Source of the DNA: Gemmatimonadales bacterium
GTDB taxonomy: Bacteria; Gemmatimonadota; Gemmatimonadetes; Gemmatimonadales; GWC2-71-9
Length of the DNA: 63,868 nt
NCBI GenBank assembly: GCA_035495075.1
Contig: DATJGL010000347.1
Location: 1 to 63,868, forward strand
Direction of reading: 5' to 3'
Every line of letters begins with the position of its first letter. Position 1 is the first letter of the stretch. This document shows positions 25,973-35,425 of the stretch, piece by piece. The translations under genes and the position numbers were made by a program. The notes below the pieces were generated by a model. It searched no databases. It saw nothing but the letters and a program-made list of their open reading frames with translations, and was not told where the DNA came from.

Positions 25973-27925
25973 ATGCATCGACGCCGCTTTCTCCTCGGCG
26001 CCGCCCGCACTGCCGCCTCTTTCGGAATTCTTCGTCAACTCGGCGGATGCCGCAGCATTACTCCGGCGGCGGGGAGCAGGCTCGCCTCACCGGGCGACGC
26101 TTTCACAGCGATTCGCGACCGCTACTTCCTTCGAGTCCTCCAGCTCTATCCCGTCACCTCGACTTACCTCGGCGGGGACGGCTATAACCCCGCGCTCGCA
26201 AGCGTAAGCGGCACGCTGCGCGATTGGTCGCCCGATGCTATCAAAGCCGAGGCGGCCTTCTACCGCGAGATCGAGCGTGGCCGACAGGCGATCGACCCGG
26301 CTCGGCTCGATCCTTCCGAGCGGATCGACCACACCGTGCTTGGCGCGCAGATCGGGTTTGCCCTGCGGCAACTGGAAGAGCGACGGTACTACGAGCGCGC
26401 CGTCGACACCTACATCGCAGAGCCCTTTCGCGGCATCGATTGGCAGCTCCAGCAGATGACCGCAGGGCGCGAGGGCCAGGGGGCGGAAGATGAATGGGCC
26501 CTGGTGGTAAAGCGGCTCGAAGCTATTCCGGCCTACCTCGCGACGGCGCGGGCCAACCTGCTGGCCGGTCGGCAAGCGGGCAATGTTCCTGATCGGCGAC
26601 TGGTGCAATACGACGGCATCGACGGGTCCGACGCCAACGAGCAATACTTTCGAACGACACTGCCCACCATGGCCGGAGGCTACTTGGGCCGTCGCCAGTT
26701 CGCGCCGCGGATGCTCGCCGGCGTCACCAAGGCGAGCACCGCCGCTGCCGCTGCGTTGCACGATTTTACCGCGTTCCTTCGCGGTACCTATGCTCTCTCG
26801 GACCAGACCGACCACTACGCCGCGGGCGAGGCAGAGTACGATTGGCGCCTGGCGCATTGCCTCCACGTGCGACGCTCCAGTGCCGAACTCTGGGAGTATG
26901 GCGCCCAGGAGGTCACGCTGTACGAAGACAAGCTCTACCAGGTCGCGAAGGAAGTGGCCAAGGCCGCCAAGCTCAGTCTGGACTTCGGAACCGAGGCCGC
27001 GCGTCGTGCCTCCGTCCGGGAGGTAATGCAACACCTTTCCAAGGATTCGCCGAAAAGCGACGACGAGCTGATCCAGTGGTATCGCGACGTCGCCGTTCGA
27101 GCGGTCGCCTATGGCCGCGAGCATCAGCTCTTCGACATTCCCACCGACTACCGACTGGATGTAGTTTTCACTCCGCCGGTACTGCGCAGCACACTCGACG
27201 CTGCGTACTATCCCGCCTCACCGTTCAAGCACAGCGGCGTCGGCCGCTTCTATCTGACGCCGACCGGGAACGACCCCGGTCAGCTGAAGGTCAATAACCG
27301 GGCATCCGTTGCGGATACGGCAATTCACGAGGGCTTCCCCGGACACGATTGGCACTACAAGTACATGACGGCGCATGCCGGCGACATCTCGAACATTCGC
27401 TGGCTGACGCCCGGAGCCGTGGAAGACTCGTCGTCCATGTGGGAAGACTCGATGGCCATCGAAGGCTGGGCGCTCTATGCCGAAGACCTGATGGCGGAAC
27501 CGCTGGACAGCAACGATCACGGCTTCTACACGGCGGCGGAGCACCTGTACGAGCTGCAGGGACAACTGCTCCGGGCCGCTCGCGTCCGAATCGATGTCGG
27601 CATCCACACGGGCCGGCTCAGCTTCGACCAGGCAGTGGACTATTTCACCGAACACGTGCAGTTCCATCCGGGGGCGTGCGCCCGTTCAGGTCACGACCCC
27701 GTCGCCAAGGCGCTGTGCGAGACCGCGACCCGCGCGGTCTACCGCTACTCCAAGTGGCCCACCCAGGCCGTCACCTACAACCTCGGCAAGAACGAGATCG
27801 TGGAGTTGCGGGAGCTGGCCCGGCAACGGGACGGCGCCGGCTTTTCGGCGCGGGCGTTTCACGAGCGGCTCATGCGAATGGGCACCATTCCCGTCGGGTA
27901 TTACCGAGACGAGTTCCTGGCCTGA
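25973..27925 (+). CDS. DUF885-family protein with Tat-like signal
   Basis: It starts MHRRRFLLGAARTAASFG (twin-arginine). It carries HEGFPGHDWHY and a C-terminal region typical of DUF885. The tracked ORF start at 25496 runs across the tRNA-Pro gene and is rejected. Confidence 0.75.
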   Translation: MHRRRFLLGAARTAASFGILRQLGGCRSITPAAGSRLASPGDAFTAIRDRYFLRVLQLYPVTSTYLGGDGYNPALASVSGTLRDWSPDAIKAEAAFYREIERGRQAIDPARLDPSERIDHTVLGAQIGFALRQLEERRYYERAVDTYIAEPFRGIDWQLQQMTAGREGQGAEDEWALVVKRLEAIPAYLATARANLLAGRQAGNVPDRRLVQYDGIDGSDANEQYFRTTLPTMAGGYLGRRQFAPRMLAGVTKASTAAAAALHDFTAFLRGTYALSDQTDHYAAGEAEYDWRLAHCLHVRRSSAELWEYGAQEVTLYEDKLYQVAKEVAKAAKLSLDFGTEAARRASVREVMQHLSKDSPKSDDELIQWYRDVAVRAVAYGREHQLFDIPTDYRLDVVFTPPVLRSTLDAAYYPASPFKHSGVGRFYLTPTGNDPGQLKVNNRASVADTAIHEGFPGHDWHYKYMTAHAGDISNIRWLTPGAVEDSSSMWEDSMAIEGWALYAEDLMAEPLDSNDHGFYTAAEHLYELQGQLLRAARVRIDVGIHTGRLSFDQAVDYFTEHVQFHPGACARSGHDPVAKALCETATRAVYRYSKWPTQAVTYNLGKNEIVELRELARQRDGAGFSARAFHERLMRMGTIPVGYYRDEFLA

Positions 27926-28059
27926 GGTGGCGGCCAGCGCGCAAAGACCCTTCCCCCTACCCCATCATCCGCGGACCGGCCATTTCGGCCACCGCAGGAG
28001 GGAACGGCATGAGGCGTGCGCTTGTAGGGCATCGTGCAGCCCCAACGGAGGTGGGTGCG

Positions 28060-28248
28060 ATGCTCGAAGACGAGGAACGTTTGCCTTGGGAGACTGACGG
28101 AGATCTTCCCTGGGCCTCGGAAGATCCCGAGTGGGAAGCCCCGGATCCCGAGGCTTGGCGGGGCACGGTCCACCTCCAAGAGTGGCCGGAAGACTTGGCA
28201 GGACCCGAGTACTGGCTCTATAAGAAGCAGGGTGAGGAAGAGCAGTAA
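28060..28248 (+). CDS. Small acidic Trp-rich protein (62 aa), hypothetical
   Basis: The ATG is preceded by GGAGG. The protein has 6 Trp residues and more than 20 Asp/Glu. It is followed 12 nt later by a heptad hairpin plus a T-tract. Confidence 0.35.
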   Translation: MLEDEERLPWETDGDLPWASEDPEWEAPDPEAWRGTVHLQEWPEDLAGPEYWLYKKQGEEEQ

Positions 28249-28260
28249 ACTGCAGCAACT

Positions 28261-28324
28261 CGTGAAAATTGAACGGTGAACTGGGCGCTCGAAACGACAG
28301 GGGCAAGCCGGTTCACCGTTCGCC
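28261..28324. repeat. Heptad-built palindromic element, copy 4 (terminator-like)
   Basis: A perfect 11-bp stem GAACGGTGAAC (28271-28281) pairs with GTTCACCGTTC (28311-28321), followed by GCCTTTTCT. Confidence 0.75.
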
Positions 28325-28436
28325 TTTTCTGGCCAGCCAAAGCCCTTGGTTCGGCTTATCTTCGGATACGCGCTCGCGGAGTGTCTGTTTCGCGGCACAT
28401 ATTTGGCTCATTCGACCACGGGCCCCAGCCTAAAAC

Positions 28437-30614
28437 GTGACGACACGAACACCTCGACCTCACGCGTCGCTTCAGGCGCCGCCTCCGCCGCGGCGCGCGC
28501 CGGAGGAGGAGCTTCGTTCTGGTGAGGAGCGGCTCATGCTTGCGCTCCTGGGGACCGACGCGGGTCTCTGGGAGTGGAGCTACACCACCGGGGCTCGCTA
28601 TCTCGGTGATGCCTGGATCGGCCAGCTTGGCCATGAGCCGCGTGCCCTGGACGGCGATACCCACCTCCCTGCAGCTCTGGTTCATCCCCAAGATCTGCCC
28701 GTCGCGCACGCCCGACTGAAGGCGCATCTCGCCGGTGCCACTCCTTGGTACGAAGCCGACTATCGGCTCCGAACCAAGCGCGGCGAGTGGCGCTGGATCC
28801 ACGACCGGGGACGCGTGGTCGAGCGTGACGGGGAAGGGCGCCCGCTCCGGATGCTGGGGATGCCCACCGACATCACGGAGCGCAAGGAGGCCGAGGCGGC
28901 GCTCTTCCGGGAACGGGAGCGCGCCCTGGTTACGCTTGCGTCGATCGCGGACGCCGTGATCGCGACCGACAGCCGTGGCATGGTGGAGTATCTCAACCCG
29001 GTGGCGGAGCACTTTACGGGCTGGATCTTGGCGGAGGCGCGGGGGGAACCGCTCACCCGGGTCTTCACCGTCGTCCACGAGGCGACCCGCGAACCGGTCG
29101 AAACGTCGGCTGAGCGGTGCCTCGATGAGGACCGCGCGATGGGCGTTACCAGCCACTTCCTCTTGCTGCGCCGCGACGGAGTCGAATTCGCCATCGACGA
29201 GTCGGCTGCACCACTTCACGATCGGGATGGCCGGCTGACCGGCGTCGTCATCGTTTTCCGGGACACCACTCCGCAGCGCCAACTGACTCGCCAGCTCTCT
29301 CACCAAGCGACCCACGATCCGCTCACCGGCCTGATGAACCGCCGGGAGTTCGAGCGACGTCTCGCGCGCGTGGTCGCGAGCGCTCAGGGCTCGGATACGG
29401 CCCACGGTTTCTGTTATATCGACCTCGATCGCTTCAAGGCGGTCAACGATACCTGCGGTCACGTGGCGGGCGACGCCCTGCTGCGACAGCTGGCCGGGGT
29501 GTTGCGGGGCGAGCTCCGTGGCCGCGATACCCTGGCGCGGCTCGGCGGCGATGAGTTCGCCGTCCTGCTGGAACACTGCGATCTCGACCAGGCTCGGCGG
29601 ATCGCCGAGGCGCTCCGCGTGGCAGTGGAGAATTTCCGGTTCCTGTGGGAGGGGAACACGTTCACGCTGGGCGCCAGCATCGGCCTGGTGGAGATCAACC
29701 GGAGCTGCAACAGCGAAGCGGACGTCGTTCGCGCCGCGGACAAGGCCTGCTACCGGGCAAAGCATGCCGGAAGAAATCGGGTGCAGGTGGCGCGGCTGGA
29801 CGACATCACGACGTCGGACGCGGGCCACACCGACTGGGCGACTCGAATTACCCGAGCGCTGGAGGAAAGCCAGTTCCGGCTCTACGTCCAGCCGATCCTC
29901 CCGCTCGCCAGGACCGGCGTCGAGGAGGCGAGCTACTGGGAAGTATTCCTGCGACTTGAGGATGCCGACGCGGGGCTGCTGCCGGCCGGTGCATTCCTGC
30001 CGGCCGCCGAGCGCTACAGCCTGATGTCGGTGATCGATCAATGGGTTGTTCGGGAGACCATCGCCCGTCTGGGGGGTTGGCGTCCGCAGGCCGGCCAGCG
30101 AGTGCCACCGTGCTGCGTCAATCTCGGCCGCGAATCGGTGCGGGACGAGGCGCTGATAGGACTGATCCGCGAGCAGCTGCAGGGCGACCGCCTGGCGCCG
30201 GGCACGCTGTGCTTCGAGATCAACGAGCAGGCGGTCCTAGCGGACCTGGGCCAAGCCGTTTCCTTCGCGCGGTCGCTCCGCGAGCTGGGTTGTCGGGTGG
30301 CGCTGGACGACTTTGCCGGTGGGCTCTCCTCGCTCCACTACCTGAAGGCCCTGCCGCTCGACCTTCTCAAGCTGAGCGCGACTGTGACTCGCGACCTGGG
30401 TACCGATCCGTTGCAGGATGTTGTCGCGCGGGCGGCGGCTCAGGCAGGCCGCGTGCTGGGTATTCCGATCGTCGCCAAAGGCGCGGACAACCCCGCCGCA
30501 CTGGGGGCGTTGCGGGCGCTTGGAATTGACTACGCCCAGGGATTCGCACTGGCCGCCCCGCGCCCTATCGAAGACCTGATCGCGGAGGCGGGCGCGTCCT
30601 GCCCGCTGCGCTGA
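28437..30614 (+). CDS. PAS-PAS-GGDEF-EAL signalling protein (diguanylate cyclase; EAL domain apparently degenerate)
   Basis: 725 aa with two PAS/PAC units. The GGDEF domain has an RGRD I-site 5 residues upstream of GGDEF. The EAL domain reads EVFLR, EINE, DDFAGG, KLS and AKGAD at consensus positions. It has a GTG start. Confidence 0.85.
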   Translation: MTTRTPRPHASLQAPPPPRRAPEEELRSGEERLMLALLGTDAGLWEWSYTTGARYLGDAWIGQLGHEPRALDGDTHLPAALVHPQDLPVAHARLKAHLAGATPWYEADYRLRTKRGEWRWIHDRGRVVERDGEGRPLRMLGMPTDITERKEAEAALFRERERALVTLASIADAVIATDSRGMVEYLNPVAEHFTGWILAEARGEPLTRVFTVVHEATREPVETSAERCLDEDRAMGVTSHFLLLRRDGVEFAIDESAAPLHDRDGRLTGVVIVFRDTTPQRQLTRQLSHQATHDPLTGLMNRREFERRLARVVASAQGSDTAHGFCYIDLDRFKAVNDTCGHVAGDALLRQLAGVLRGELRGRDTLARLGGDEFAVLLEHCDLDQARRIAEALRVAVENFRFLWEGNTFTLGASIGLVEINRSCNSEADVVRAADKACYRAKHAGRNRVQVARLDDITTSDAGHTDWATRITRALEESQFRLYVQPILPLARTGVEEASYWEVFLRLEDADAGLLPAGAFLPAAERYSLMSVIDQWVVRETIARLGGWRPQAGQRVPPCCVNLGRESVRDEALIGLIREQLQGDRLAPGTLCFEINEQAVLADLGQAVSFARSLRELGCRVALDDFAGGLSSLHYLKALPLDLLKLSATVTRDLGTDPLQDVVARAAAQAGRVLGIPIVAKGADNPAALGALRALGIDYAQGFALAAPRPIEDLIAEAGASCPLR

Positions 30615-30636
30615 CACCACCTCGAGCGAGCCCCCC

Positions 30637-32613
30637 ATGCGCCTCGTTGCCGCCGCGCTACTCACACTGACGCTGATCGGTTGCAGCTCCGAGCCGGTGT
30701 CGCCCGATCTTGTTCCGGTGGCCAGCGTGACGTTGGAGCCGGCCGCCCCAGTCGTCGGTGTCGGCAAGACAGCTCCGCTGACAGCCACGACCAAGGGCCA
30801 GGATGGAACCGTCCTTCCCAACCGCACGATCACTTACGCGAGCGCCAACACCGCGATCGCAACGGTTGACGACCATGGGGTCGCCACCGGTGTCGCCGCC
30901 GGGTCCACTCAGATCACCGCCACATCAGAGGGCAAGAGCGGCTCGGTCACGCTGACGGTGAGCACCACTCCGGTTGCATCCGTGAAGGTGTCGCCGTCGA
31001 CTGCCTCGCTGAACGTGGGGGCCAACCTCACGCTTGTCGGCTCGGCCTTCGATGCCGGCAGCGCCCCGCTCCCCGGCCGGGTCTTCGCCTGGAGCTCCGC
31101 CAACGCGGCGATCGCCACGGTCTCGACCCTGGGTGTGGTCCACGGAATGGCAGCAGGGACTGTGACAGTCACGGGCACGTCCGAAGGCAAGAGCGCGACG
31201 GCGACTATCACGGTCATCGTGCCGCCGGTCGCGAGCGTGACCGTGACGCCCAATCCCGCGACCGTGGGATTGGGCGACTCGCTGCAGCTCACCGCGACGC
31301 TCAAGGACGGGAGCGGCAACGTCCTGACCGGGCGGGCCGTGGCCTGGCAGAGCTCCAACTCCGTCCTGGCGAGCGTCAGCAACACCGGCCTGGTGCGGGC
31401 TCTCGCCGCCGGCGACGCGACCATCACCGCAACGTCCGAAGGCAAGAGCGGAACGTCAGCAATCGGGTCGCGGCTCCGGTTCACCACGATCAGTGCCGGG
31501 CAAGACTTCACCTGCGGCGTGACACCGGTGCACACGGTCTACTGCTGGGGCCGAAACACCGAGGGCGAGCTGGGTGACGGGACGACGACGGACCGCTTAA
31601 CGCCCGTCGCCGCGAAAATCCCGTTGGGCGTTTCGATCGACTCGGTGAGTGCGGGCCAGGACCACGCCTGCGCGCTGAGCACCAGCTTCAAGGTGTTCTG
31701 CTGGGGCGCCAACGTCTTCGGGCAGCTCGGCAGCGGATTCGCGACTCCGCCGCAGTCGACGCCAGGGCTCATTGCGTCTTCCGGGCTCAACTTTGCCTCA
31801 ATCAGCGCAGCGGCGCAGTTCACCTGCGGAGTCACCACGACCAATGTGGGATTTTGCTGGGGGGTCAATCAGAACGGCCAGCTCGGCAGCGGGATAAATG
31901 CCGGCACCACGACGCCTAACCCTGACACCGTTTCAGTATTGGGCGGGCCGTTCAGGGCAATGAGTGCAACCCAGGGACATGCCTGTGGCCTCCTGTTCGG
32001 CGGCGGCCCGGACGGAACGGTGACTTGTTGGGGGCTCAACGATGCCGGACAACTCGGGCGCGGAGGCGGCGCCAGTCCGCCGTTCGACCAGAACCCGCTG
32101 CCGATTTTCGGCTCCGTTCGCTACGCGGCCGTAAGCGGTGGCTTCCGGTTCACCTGCGCCATTCGAAACGACGGCACCGGTGCGGCCGATTGCTGGGGAC
32201 TGAACGACTTCGGCCAACTGGGAACCAGCACCCTTAGTCCCCTGGTCCAGTCGAGCCCCGTGGCCGTCGCGCAGCCTCCGGCGAGCTTCGCCCAGGTCTC
32301 AGCCGGGCGACAGCTGGCCTGCGGCGTGACGCCTCTCGGCGAGGGTTTCTGTTGGGGCGATAACACCTTCGGTCAGCTCGGGATCGGCAGCGGCGTGGCG
32401 GTTCCCACCCCGCCGCAGCCTCAGGCCGTCAGCGGGAACCTTGTGTTCGCCGAGATGGCGGCCGGATATGCCCATGCCTGCGGCGTCACGACAACCAAGG
32501 TCGCGTGGTGCTGGGGTCGTGCGGAGGACGGGGCACATCCGGGTGCGAGTGCGCTGGGCAACGGCGGGACCAGCCCGAGCAATGTGCCGGTGGAGGTGAA
32601 GGGGCAACAGTAA
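30637..32613 (+). CDS. Lipoprotein with four Big_2 Ig-like domains and a seven-bladed RCC1-like propeller
   Basis: The lipobox is LTLIGC. Four repeats of about 85 aa end in ITATSEGKSG..T.TV. They are followed by seven (F/Y/W)CWG-x-N-x-x-GQLG blades. Confidence 0.8.
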   Translation: MRLVAAALLTLTLIGCSSEPVSPDLVPVASVTLEPAAPVVGVGKTAPLTATTKGQDGTVLPNRTITYASANTAIATVDDHGVATGVAAGSTQITATSEGKSGSVTLTVSTTPVASVKVSPSTASLNVGANLTLVGSAFDAGSAPLPGRVFAWSSANAAIATVSTLGVVHGMAAGTVTVTGTSEGKSATATITVIVPPVASVTVTPNPATVGLGDSLQLTATLKDGSGNVLTGRAVAWQSSNSVLASVSNTGLVRALAAGDATITATSEGKSGTSAIGSRLRFTTISAGQDFTCGVTPVHTVYCWGRNTEGELGDGTTTDRLTPVAAKIPLGVSIDSVSAGQDHACALSTSFKVFCWGANVFGQLGSGFATPPQSTPGLIASSGLNFASISAAAQFTCGVTTTNVGFCWGVNQNGQLGSGINAGTTTPNPDTVSVLGGPFRAMSATQGHACGLLFGGGPDGTVTCWGLNDAGQLGRGGGASPPFDQNPLPIFGSVRYAAVSGGFRFTCAIRNDGTGAADCWGLNDFGQLGTSTLSPLVQSSPVAVAQPPASFAQVSAGRQLACGVTPLGEGFCWGDNTFGQLGIGSGVAVPTPPQPQAVSGNLVFAEMAAGYAHACGVTTTKVAWCWGRAEDGAHPGASALGNGGTSPSNVPVEVKGQQ

Positions 32614-32618
32614 GAAGA

Positions 32619-32690
32619 GCGTGAACGGGAACGGGGAGCTCCGCGTGCGGCAGGGCTCCCTGTTCACTGTTTACTGTTCACTGTTGACGC
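32619..32690. repeat. Heptad-built palindromic element, copy 5 (between convergent genes)
   Basis: Sequence: GCGTGAAC GGGAAC GGGGAGC ... GCTCCCT GTTCACT GTTTACT GTTCACT GTTGACGC. The right arm overlaps the stop and last codons of the MFS gene. Confidence 0.75.
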
Positions 32691-33979
32691 AGTCGTTTTT
32701 CTCGCAGCTCATCGAGTCTGCCCAGCCTCCGGAGTTCCGGAACCCGCCACGCCGTCGCCCCGACTACCAGTAGCGTCACCATGCCTCCAATGACGACCGA
32801 CGGAACGGTCCCCAGGAGGCGCGCGGCGACGCCAGACTCGAAAGCACCGATCTCATTGGATGAACCGATGAAGATCTGGTTGACCGACGACACACGGCCG
32901 AACAGCTCGGGCGGCGTCGAGACTTGCAGGAGCGTCGAGCGAATGACGACGCTCACCATGTCCACCGCGCCGCTGACCGCGAGCAGAACGGTGGAGAGGA
33001 CGAACTGGCGGGAGAGACCGAAGCCGATCATGGCCAGCCCGAACAGGGCGACGTTGATGAGCAGGGTGGCGCCGCTCCGGCGGAGCGGCGGACGATGGGC
33101 GAGCACCAGTGACATGACCACGGCCCCTACGGAGGGGGCCGCGCGCAATACGCCTAGCCCCTCCGGGCCGGCGTGAAGAATGTCGGCGGCAAAAATGGGG
33201 AGCAGTGCGGTCGCGCCGCCGAACAGGACGCTAAACAAGTCGAGCGTGAGCGCCGCGAGCAGCACCGGTTCGCTCCGAACGAAGCCGATCCCGGCCCCCA
33301 GGCTCTGGAGAATCGAAACGTCGGCGGCCAACGCGGGTGGCCCCGCCGTGGAAGGCGGAGTGATCCGACCCAGGCGAACTATGGCTGCCAGTGCAAGCAC
33401 CACCAGCGCGACGTCCACCCCGTAGCCCACAGCCGGTCCGCCGAACCCGTACAGCAGACCGCCCATCGCAGGGCCCACTACCGCAGCGAACTGCCAGATG
33501 GAGCTCCGCCAGGCGACCGCATTGGGATACAGCTCTCGCGGCACAAGCTCGGCGCCAAGAGCCTGGCGCGCCGGCTGGAGAAAGCTCCGCGCCACTCCGC
33601 TGGCAAAGATGACGGCGTACACCGGCCAGACCCTGCGCCCCGCGAGGACCGTGGGGATCAGTGTGAACGCGAGGAGCGCCACCGCGCAGCCAAGCATCGC
33701 GACAGTGGCGACGGCAACCACTCGCCGCCGATTCGCGCGGTCGGCGACATGCCCGGCAAAGAGGGCAATGGCGATGAAGGGCAGGGCTTCCGCCAGACCC
33801 ACGAGGCCGAGCGACAGCGGATCCTTGGTGACGGCATAAATCTGCCACCCGACCACGACCGCCTGGATCTGAGTTGCGACCGTGAGGGTAACAACACTGG
33901 CGACGAAGCGACGAAAATCGGGAAAGCGGAGGGCAGCGTACGGGTCGTGCGTGCCGGCGGTGTTAACCGGCTGGGTCAT
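32678..33979 (-). CDS. MFS transporter
   Basis: 433 aa with about 12 predicted hydrophobic segments. The loop 2-3 motif is GHVADRANRRR. Its start overlaps the upstream stop (ATGA). Confidence 0.8.
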   Translation of the reverse strand: MTQPVNTAGTHDPYAALRFPDFRRFVASVVTLTVATQIQAVVVGWQIYAVTKDPLSLGLVGLAEALPFIAIALFAGHVADRANRRRVVAVATVAMLGCAVALLAFTLIPTVLAGRRVWPVYAVIFASGVARSFLQPARQALGAELVPRELYPNAVAWRSSIWQFAAVVGPAMGGLLYGFGGPAVGYGVDVALVVLALAAIVRLGRITPPSTAGPPALAADVSILQSLGAGIGFVRSEPVLLAALTLDLFSVLFGGATALLPIFAADILHAGPEGLGVLRAAPSVGAVVMSLVLAHRPPLRRSGATLLINVALFGLAMIGFGLSRQFVLSTVLLAVSGAVDMVSVVIRSTLLQVSTPPELFGRVSSVNQIFIGSSNEIGAFESGVAARLLGTVPSVVIGGMVTLLVVGATAWRVPELRRLGRLDELREKRLRQQ

Positions 33980-34632
33980 CCCCCGGTATCGCAGACCAGA
34001 GGCTCACCCAGCGGAGCCGGATCCACGACAAAGGATGTCGTGTCGGCGACGCCGAGCATCGAGCCGAACACGGAAGCCGTCCCTGGAGAAGCGCCGAGGA
34101 CGGTGGCGGAATCGTTGGCCTGAGGCGCGACGCTGACGACCAGGCCGTCACTGGTACCCCAGGTGATCGGTCGGAACCCCACCGGGAGGGGATTTCCCAG
34201 CGAGTCGAAGGCGGTGAGCGCGAGCGAGGTCGCAAATCCCTTGCGGAGACAAATTGCGTCCGGCACGACATTCACCGAGAAGACCAGCCGCCGGACGTTG
34301 ACGTTGACCGTGGCAACCTGTTGGCCGGTGGCGGCCGTGATGACGGCCTTACCTCCTTCCACACCTGTGACGACGCCAACGGGCGAAACCCTCGCCACAG
34401 CGCTGTCGCTCGACTTCCAGTTGACCGACCGCCCCGTCAGAAGATTGCCTGCGCTGTCACGCAGCTCGAGCGTGAGCGTTAAGGTATCGGCGACGTAGAC
34501 GGTGTCACGCGGGGCCGCAAGCTCCAGGCTGGCCACATGGGCCAGGCCGGGCGGAGTTGGGTCGACAGGGTCGCCGGCGGCGCAGGCCGACAACACGCAC
34601 GTGACTGCCAGCAGTAGGAAGCGACGAATCAA
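33976..34632 (-). CDS. Lipoprotein with two Big_2-like Ig domains
   Basis: TTG start. The lipobox is VLSAC. The domains resemble those of the 30637 gene (ARVSPVGVVTGVEGGKAVITA). It is translationally coupled to the MFS gene. Confidence 0.65.
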   Translation of the reverse strand: MIRRFLLLAVTCVLSACAAGDPVDPTPPGLAHVASLELAAPRDTVYVADTLTLTLELRDSAGNLLTGRSVNWKSSDSAVARVSPVGVVTGVEGGKAVITAATGQQVATVNVNVRRLVFSVNVVPDAICLRKGFATSLALTAFDSLGNPLPVGFRPITWGTSDGLVVSVAPQANDSATVLGASPGTASVFGSMLGVADTTSFVVDPAPLGEPLVCDTGG

Positions 34633-34910
34633 GTATCGGCCTCGGAAGGGGAGGGCAACGACCGGCCCACCCGTGCAAAGATCAACAAACTCGGGCGGAA
34701 ACTAACCCTATCTCGTCTGCGCGAAATGCCGACGCCACGTGGGAAATGCGGCCGCCGCAGGCCTTTGCATGGCGGTGCAACCGACGTGTAAGTGCTTGCC
34801 ACATCAGAAGAAAGGCCCGCGCAGAAGGGCCTGGTCAACCGGCCCAATTTGTGCCCGGACAGACGGTGACGGTGCGCAAATTCCCTGCCCCACCCACGAC
34901 GCCGGCGCTC

Positions 34911-35141
34911 ATGCTCACTGACCACGCCAAACCCGCCTCCCCCATGTCTCCCACACTCGATCCCCTTGCGCAGAACACGGCCCCCTCCTCGGCTGTCTTC
35001 GATCGGGCCGCGGCGGCTATCCTCGGCACCATGGTCACGCTGATTGTGATGCTGACCGTATTGCTGGTAGCCGAGTCGCTTCCCAGTGGCCCCGACCCAG
35101 CATCGACGGCGCAGGGTTCCGTCTCACCGCACCGAGCCTGA
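34911..35141 (+). CDS. Hypothetical small membrane protein (76 aa)
   Basis: It has one hydrophobic helix (AAAILGTMVTLIVMLTVLLVA) and is followed by a strong bidirectional terminator. There is no clear RBS. Confidence 0.25.
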   Translation: MLTDHAKPASPMSPTLDPLAQNTAPSSAVFDRAAAAILGTMVTLIVMLTVLLVAESLPSGPDPASTAQGSVSPHRA

Positions 35142-35157
35142 CGGTACCTCAAAACAG

Positions 35158-35183
35158 AGCGCCCGCTGTCTCGAGCGGGCGCT
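35158..35183. terminator. Bidirectional Rho-independent terminator
   Basis: AGCGCCCGCT-GTCTCG-AGCGGGCGCT. It is followed by TTGGCTTTTCTC on the + strand and by CTGTTTTGAGG on the - strand, downstream of tRNA-Thr. Confidence 0.75.
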
Positions 35184-35206
35184 TTGGCTTTTCTCGCCGG
35201 CGGCAG

Positions 35207-35278
35207 AGCCACTGGTCGGACTTGAACCGACGACCGCCCGATTACGAATCGGGTGCTCTACCGCTGAGCTACAGTGGC
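35207..35278 (-). tRNA. tRNA-Thr (anticodon CGU)
   Basis: Hand-folded. The acceptor stem is GCCACTG/CAGTGGC. The anticodon stem is CCCGA/TCGGG with loop TTCGTAA. The T arm is GTCGG-TTCAAGT-CCGAC. It is 72 nt long. Confidence 0.88.
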
Positions 35279-35299
35279 AAGCTGATTGACGATGGACAA

Positions 35300-35381
35300 T
35301 GCCCTGGCGCGGATTCGAACCGCGACGCCTTTCGGCACTACCCCCTCAAGATAGCGTGTCTACCAGTTTCACCACCAGGGC
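35300..35381 (-). tRNA. tRNA-Leu (anticodon GAG), type II with long variable arm
   Basis: The acceptor stem is GCCCTGG/CCAGGGC. The anticodon loop is TTGAGGG and the variable arm is TGCCGAAAGGCGT. The T arm is CGCGG-TTCGAAT-CCGCG. It is 82 nt long. Confidence 0.88.
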
Positions 35382-35425
35382 GTAGCCACCCATTTTAGTC
35401 TCACAGACTGCGAGGGTCAACGATC

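Noticed and set aside
28356-30041. 561-aa ORF antisense to the PAS-GGDEF-EAL gene
   Set aside because: This is a typical high-GC shadow ORF. It is Arg/Gly/Pro-rich, has no recognisable motif, and is fully contained opposite a gene with strong domain evidence. The same reasoning applies to the ORFs at 1631-2578(-), 3837-4844(-), 26087-27124(-), 33173-34123(+), 38673-40043(+), 55467-56375(+) and 60306-61211(+).
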